DNA of 63,881 nucleotides, the filler included, from Intoshia linei (taxonomy: Eukaryota; Animalia; Orthonectida): assembly GCA_001642005.1 (NCBI GenBank). It is 4 parts of 4 records of this genome, joined end to end, with 100 filler letters (N's around TTAATTAATTAA, not from the genome) between each part and the next. Parts side by side here need not be neighbours in the genome. Positions count along the whole stretch, not along the records: positions 33,231 to 63,881 come from LWCA01000355.1; 3 more parts are not named here. The stretch is one strand, 5' to 3'. Within the stretch, counting starts at the first letter, position 1, and each line of letters opens with the position of its first letter. The notes beneath the pieces were generated by a model. That model did no database searches. It was not told where the DNA came from and saw only the letters and a program-made list of their open reading frames with translations. Positions 60,869 through 63,881 of the stretch are shown here, piece by piece. The position numbers and the translations under genes were made by a program.

Positions 60869-62824
60869 ATGACAAAAATTGATATTCTACAGCTACTAAG
60901 CAAAACAGAGAGAAACGTATTGTTTTATTATAAAAGGTTTTAATTTAAATTTTATAATGTAAAAAATATAATTTTTATTTATTTTTTATTTTTCTAGTAC
61001 TCAATCCAAGCTTGTCAAAGAAGGAAAAATAGGATCGGAAGAAATAAAAAAAGTAACTTTAATTATTTAAATATTAATGCACCAGAATATCAATTATTTT
61101 TAAACAAAATACAATAAAGTATTATTTGCACATGAACTTTAAGGGTGAAAAAACGAGTACATTTTACATATTTATGAATAATTTAGGTTTTGACCATCAT
61201 CGAAGATAACATTAAAGAAGTTAAAAATTTGGACAATATAGAATGGCACATATTTGCATACATTGGTCATTTACATTTCCTCTTAGAAAATTATACTTCT
61301 GGTAATATATAAAATCCACTATTTTACAATTTTATAGCTATGGCATATTACCGATCTTGTTTTCATCATCACAATTGGAAAATTCAAGATCAAGAGGTAA
61401 TATTTAAAATGTTTATATCAATTAAAGTATATTTAGAACAAGTATGTCATGTATGGTCTGGCTCTATGTTTTAACAAATTCAATTGTTTTACCTGGTTTA
61501 CTTACATGGATTTTATTTATAATTTTTTAATTTTAGGGCTATTTCTGCTTTGTTGGGAATTTTATTTATTTTTTCTGATTTTGATCATTTGAAGGATGTG
61601 TATTACCTTTTGGGTACAATATATAAATGTGTTGAAAATAATACCATTAGTAGAAAGGTTTCTTTTCTTTTTTTTTTATAGTAAAATTATTTTAGTATTA
61701 CAGTTTGGCGACGTGTATTTATGGAGAATTTATTTCTACAGAATGTTACAGTAATTTACTCACATTTACATTACTAATTGTTTATTAATGTTTAGTTAAA
61801 TTTAATCTTATTCACTTATTGGAATTGGAGGTAATTAATTGTTTTTTTATATTGATGTCAAGATTAATTGTGAGTTGTCTCAGTAAATGTATTTATTATA
61901 ATTATAAGGTAGTTAATGGTTAACTTACATTGAACGTGGAATCTATGTTTTAATTTACAATACAACTAATAATAATTAGTAATTTACTTTTTCTGGATTA
62001 AAATGTAACGTTTCTGACTTAAATATTTATCCTTTACATTTATTATTATTATTATTAATTACATTTGTGTATTATAACGGCTTAACATATGATATTGATA
62101 TTTTTTATGTGTATTAAATATGATCTTTATAATATTCTGGGACTATTAGTTTTCCCCCATTTTTTAAAATAATGGGTTATTTATGGTTTTGACCGTCAAG
62201 GTATAGGTTTTTGATATTGAAATTTATAATAATGTTGATGGTTTTAAAATCTGTATCAGAGTGTTTATTTTAAAATTTATTTAATAAAAAAAAGGATAAT
62301 TGGATGATTATAATTATCCATTAGTTAGTTACGCCTTAAATGTGTAAAATTGGTCGATTTTTTTATTTAAAAAAATAGTGTCGTTATAAAAAAGCTTTGA
62401 TGGAATATGAACAATTGTTAAATGATCCCGATCTAACCAATAAGACAAAGAGTGCAATTTATAGACAAATTGGTATATTTGTAACTTTGCTTTATTAATT
62501 TTTATATTTAGGTTCTCTTTATTATGAAAATTGTGTTCCCGGTAGTCCAGAATTGGTAGAGAAATATTTCAAAGAATCAATTGAATTTTCAGATTCCGGT
62601 GAAACTTGTTATTTGTTAGGCAGGTATACTTTGGTTTTATAAGAGCTAATTGTATACTTTTTATTCGTCAATACATTTTTAATGTATAAAATGTCAAATT
62701 TTATTTTAATTACAATTTTCTTTAGGTTTTATGCAGATCATGGAAAAGTACGCGAAGCATTCACTTATTACAGAAAATCTATTGACAAAGGAGACTGCCC
62801 ATCAGATACATGGTGTTCGATTGG
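60869..62824 (+). CDS. KDM6A: UTX/KDM6A-like TPR region (5' part; gene probably continues past the window)
   Basis: IGHLHFLLENY, VMYGLALCF..FTWAI, GETCYLLGR and GKVREAFTYYRKSIDK..DTWCSIG match recalled UTX TPRs; JmjC not seen, so an Ssn6-like TPR-only protein is not excluded. Confidence 0.8.
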
Positions 62825-63881
62825 GTATTTTTAATCTATTTTTTCCGAGTTGGTGTATTACTGTGTCCAACTTAGATTTTTAGAAACTCAGTACTATACT
62901 AAGTTAAAGTGGCCAGAAACAATACGTACTATCAATATTTACCCTTCGGGTTCATGCATTCTGCCAAACTCGTATTGTAAAGTGAAATTATGCACTAGAC
63001 ATGTAAATACCTATTAATTAAGGTTATTTAGTTTTAAAATTATTTACACAAATGATAACAAAATAAGTTTGAATATTCATATATAAATTTTATTTGATGT
63101 GAATTTACAGGTCCATGGTAAAATATATTTGACAACTACACCTTTGTCCGAAATGATTGATAGAAGAAAAAACTGTACTAATTATGACATGACTAAATGT
63201 ATTATTTTTGTATACAATTCGCCCTTAACATTAGATCCTAACTTATATAACACCTGTCCAACAAAATTTCGACAAACTGACCGAAACTTTTGTTATATAT
63301 TATACATCTATTTTTAATAAAAATTTATTAATTTTAATATCGACTTTGGATGTAATTAAGGGTCAAAATTTTTTTTTTTAAAGAGGTACACTCCACCGTG
63401 AGGTCTATTTACAATTAATATTGTATATTACAAATGGTAAAATTGACAGATAGACATACACGTCTACATATGTATAAAAAAAATTGTCATTAATTATTTA
63501 ATTACCTTAATTAATTAACTCCAATTTTAAGGCAACATTGACAAACAATATGAATTAAAAATTTTCTGGATGTACTACTTACATTACACGTAAAATCAAT
63601 TTTTTCGGGTTACCCCTAGACGAATCTTGTTCAATATCAAGGATGTAAGTGATAAACATAAATTTCAAAAATTANAAGTGATAAACATAAATTTCAAAAA
63701 TTAAGATATAAGAAGGTATCAATTAAAAATATTTAATAAAAAAAGTAATAATTAGATAAATTTAATTTTTATTGAACACCACCAAACAAAATCACAAATC
63801 ATATTTAATGATCTACATCTTCCAAAGCATTTTGAAAATATTCAATTTGCACCCAATTTTACCTCTCAACTGTTAAAAAAA

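Noticed and set aside
63647-63702. Perfect 27-bp direct repeat around a single N
   Set aside because: Typical unmerged contig-overlap artefact.

Overview
AT-rich, compact eukaryotic (animal-like) genomic scaffold with three 100-bp assembly gaps. Most introns are about 35-60 nt GT-AG, and most of the few large introns contain transposon remnants. The architecture suggests a reduced invertebrate genome such as an orthonectid (inference only). Genes reconstructed by hand across introns: MZT1-like 3' end, RRM protein, pinin, BAF, a decayed sulfotransferase, a short GSK3-family kinase, alanine aminotransferase (ALT), IRE1, MPP10, NCBP2/CBP20, RPB2, mitochondrial Hsp70, PRP16/DHX38, a 2-TM orphan and the TPR part of UTX/KDM6A. 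Mobile DNA includes hAT and Tc1 transposase relics, hAT MITEs with perfect 8-bp TSDs, foldback elements and a multi-copy Helitron-like family. Most notable: (1) an intronless stand-alone CBP/p300-type TAZ1 zinc-finger gene nested antisense in a 3.8-kb ALT intron; (2) eight consecutive genes in strictly alternating orientation; (3) four convergent pairs whose stop codons are only 23, 23, 44 and 44 nt apart, which implies overlapping mRNA 3' ends. Family assignments come from recalled motifs, not database searches.
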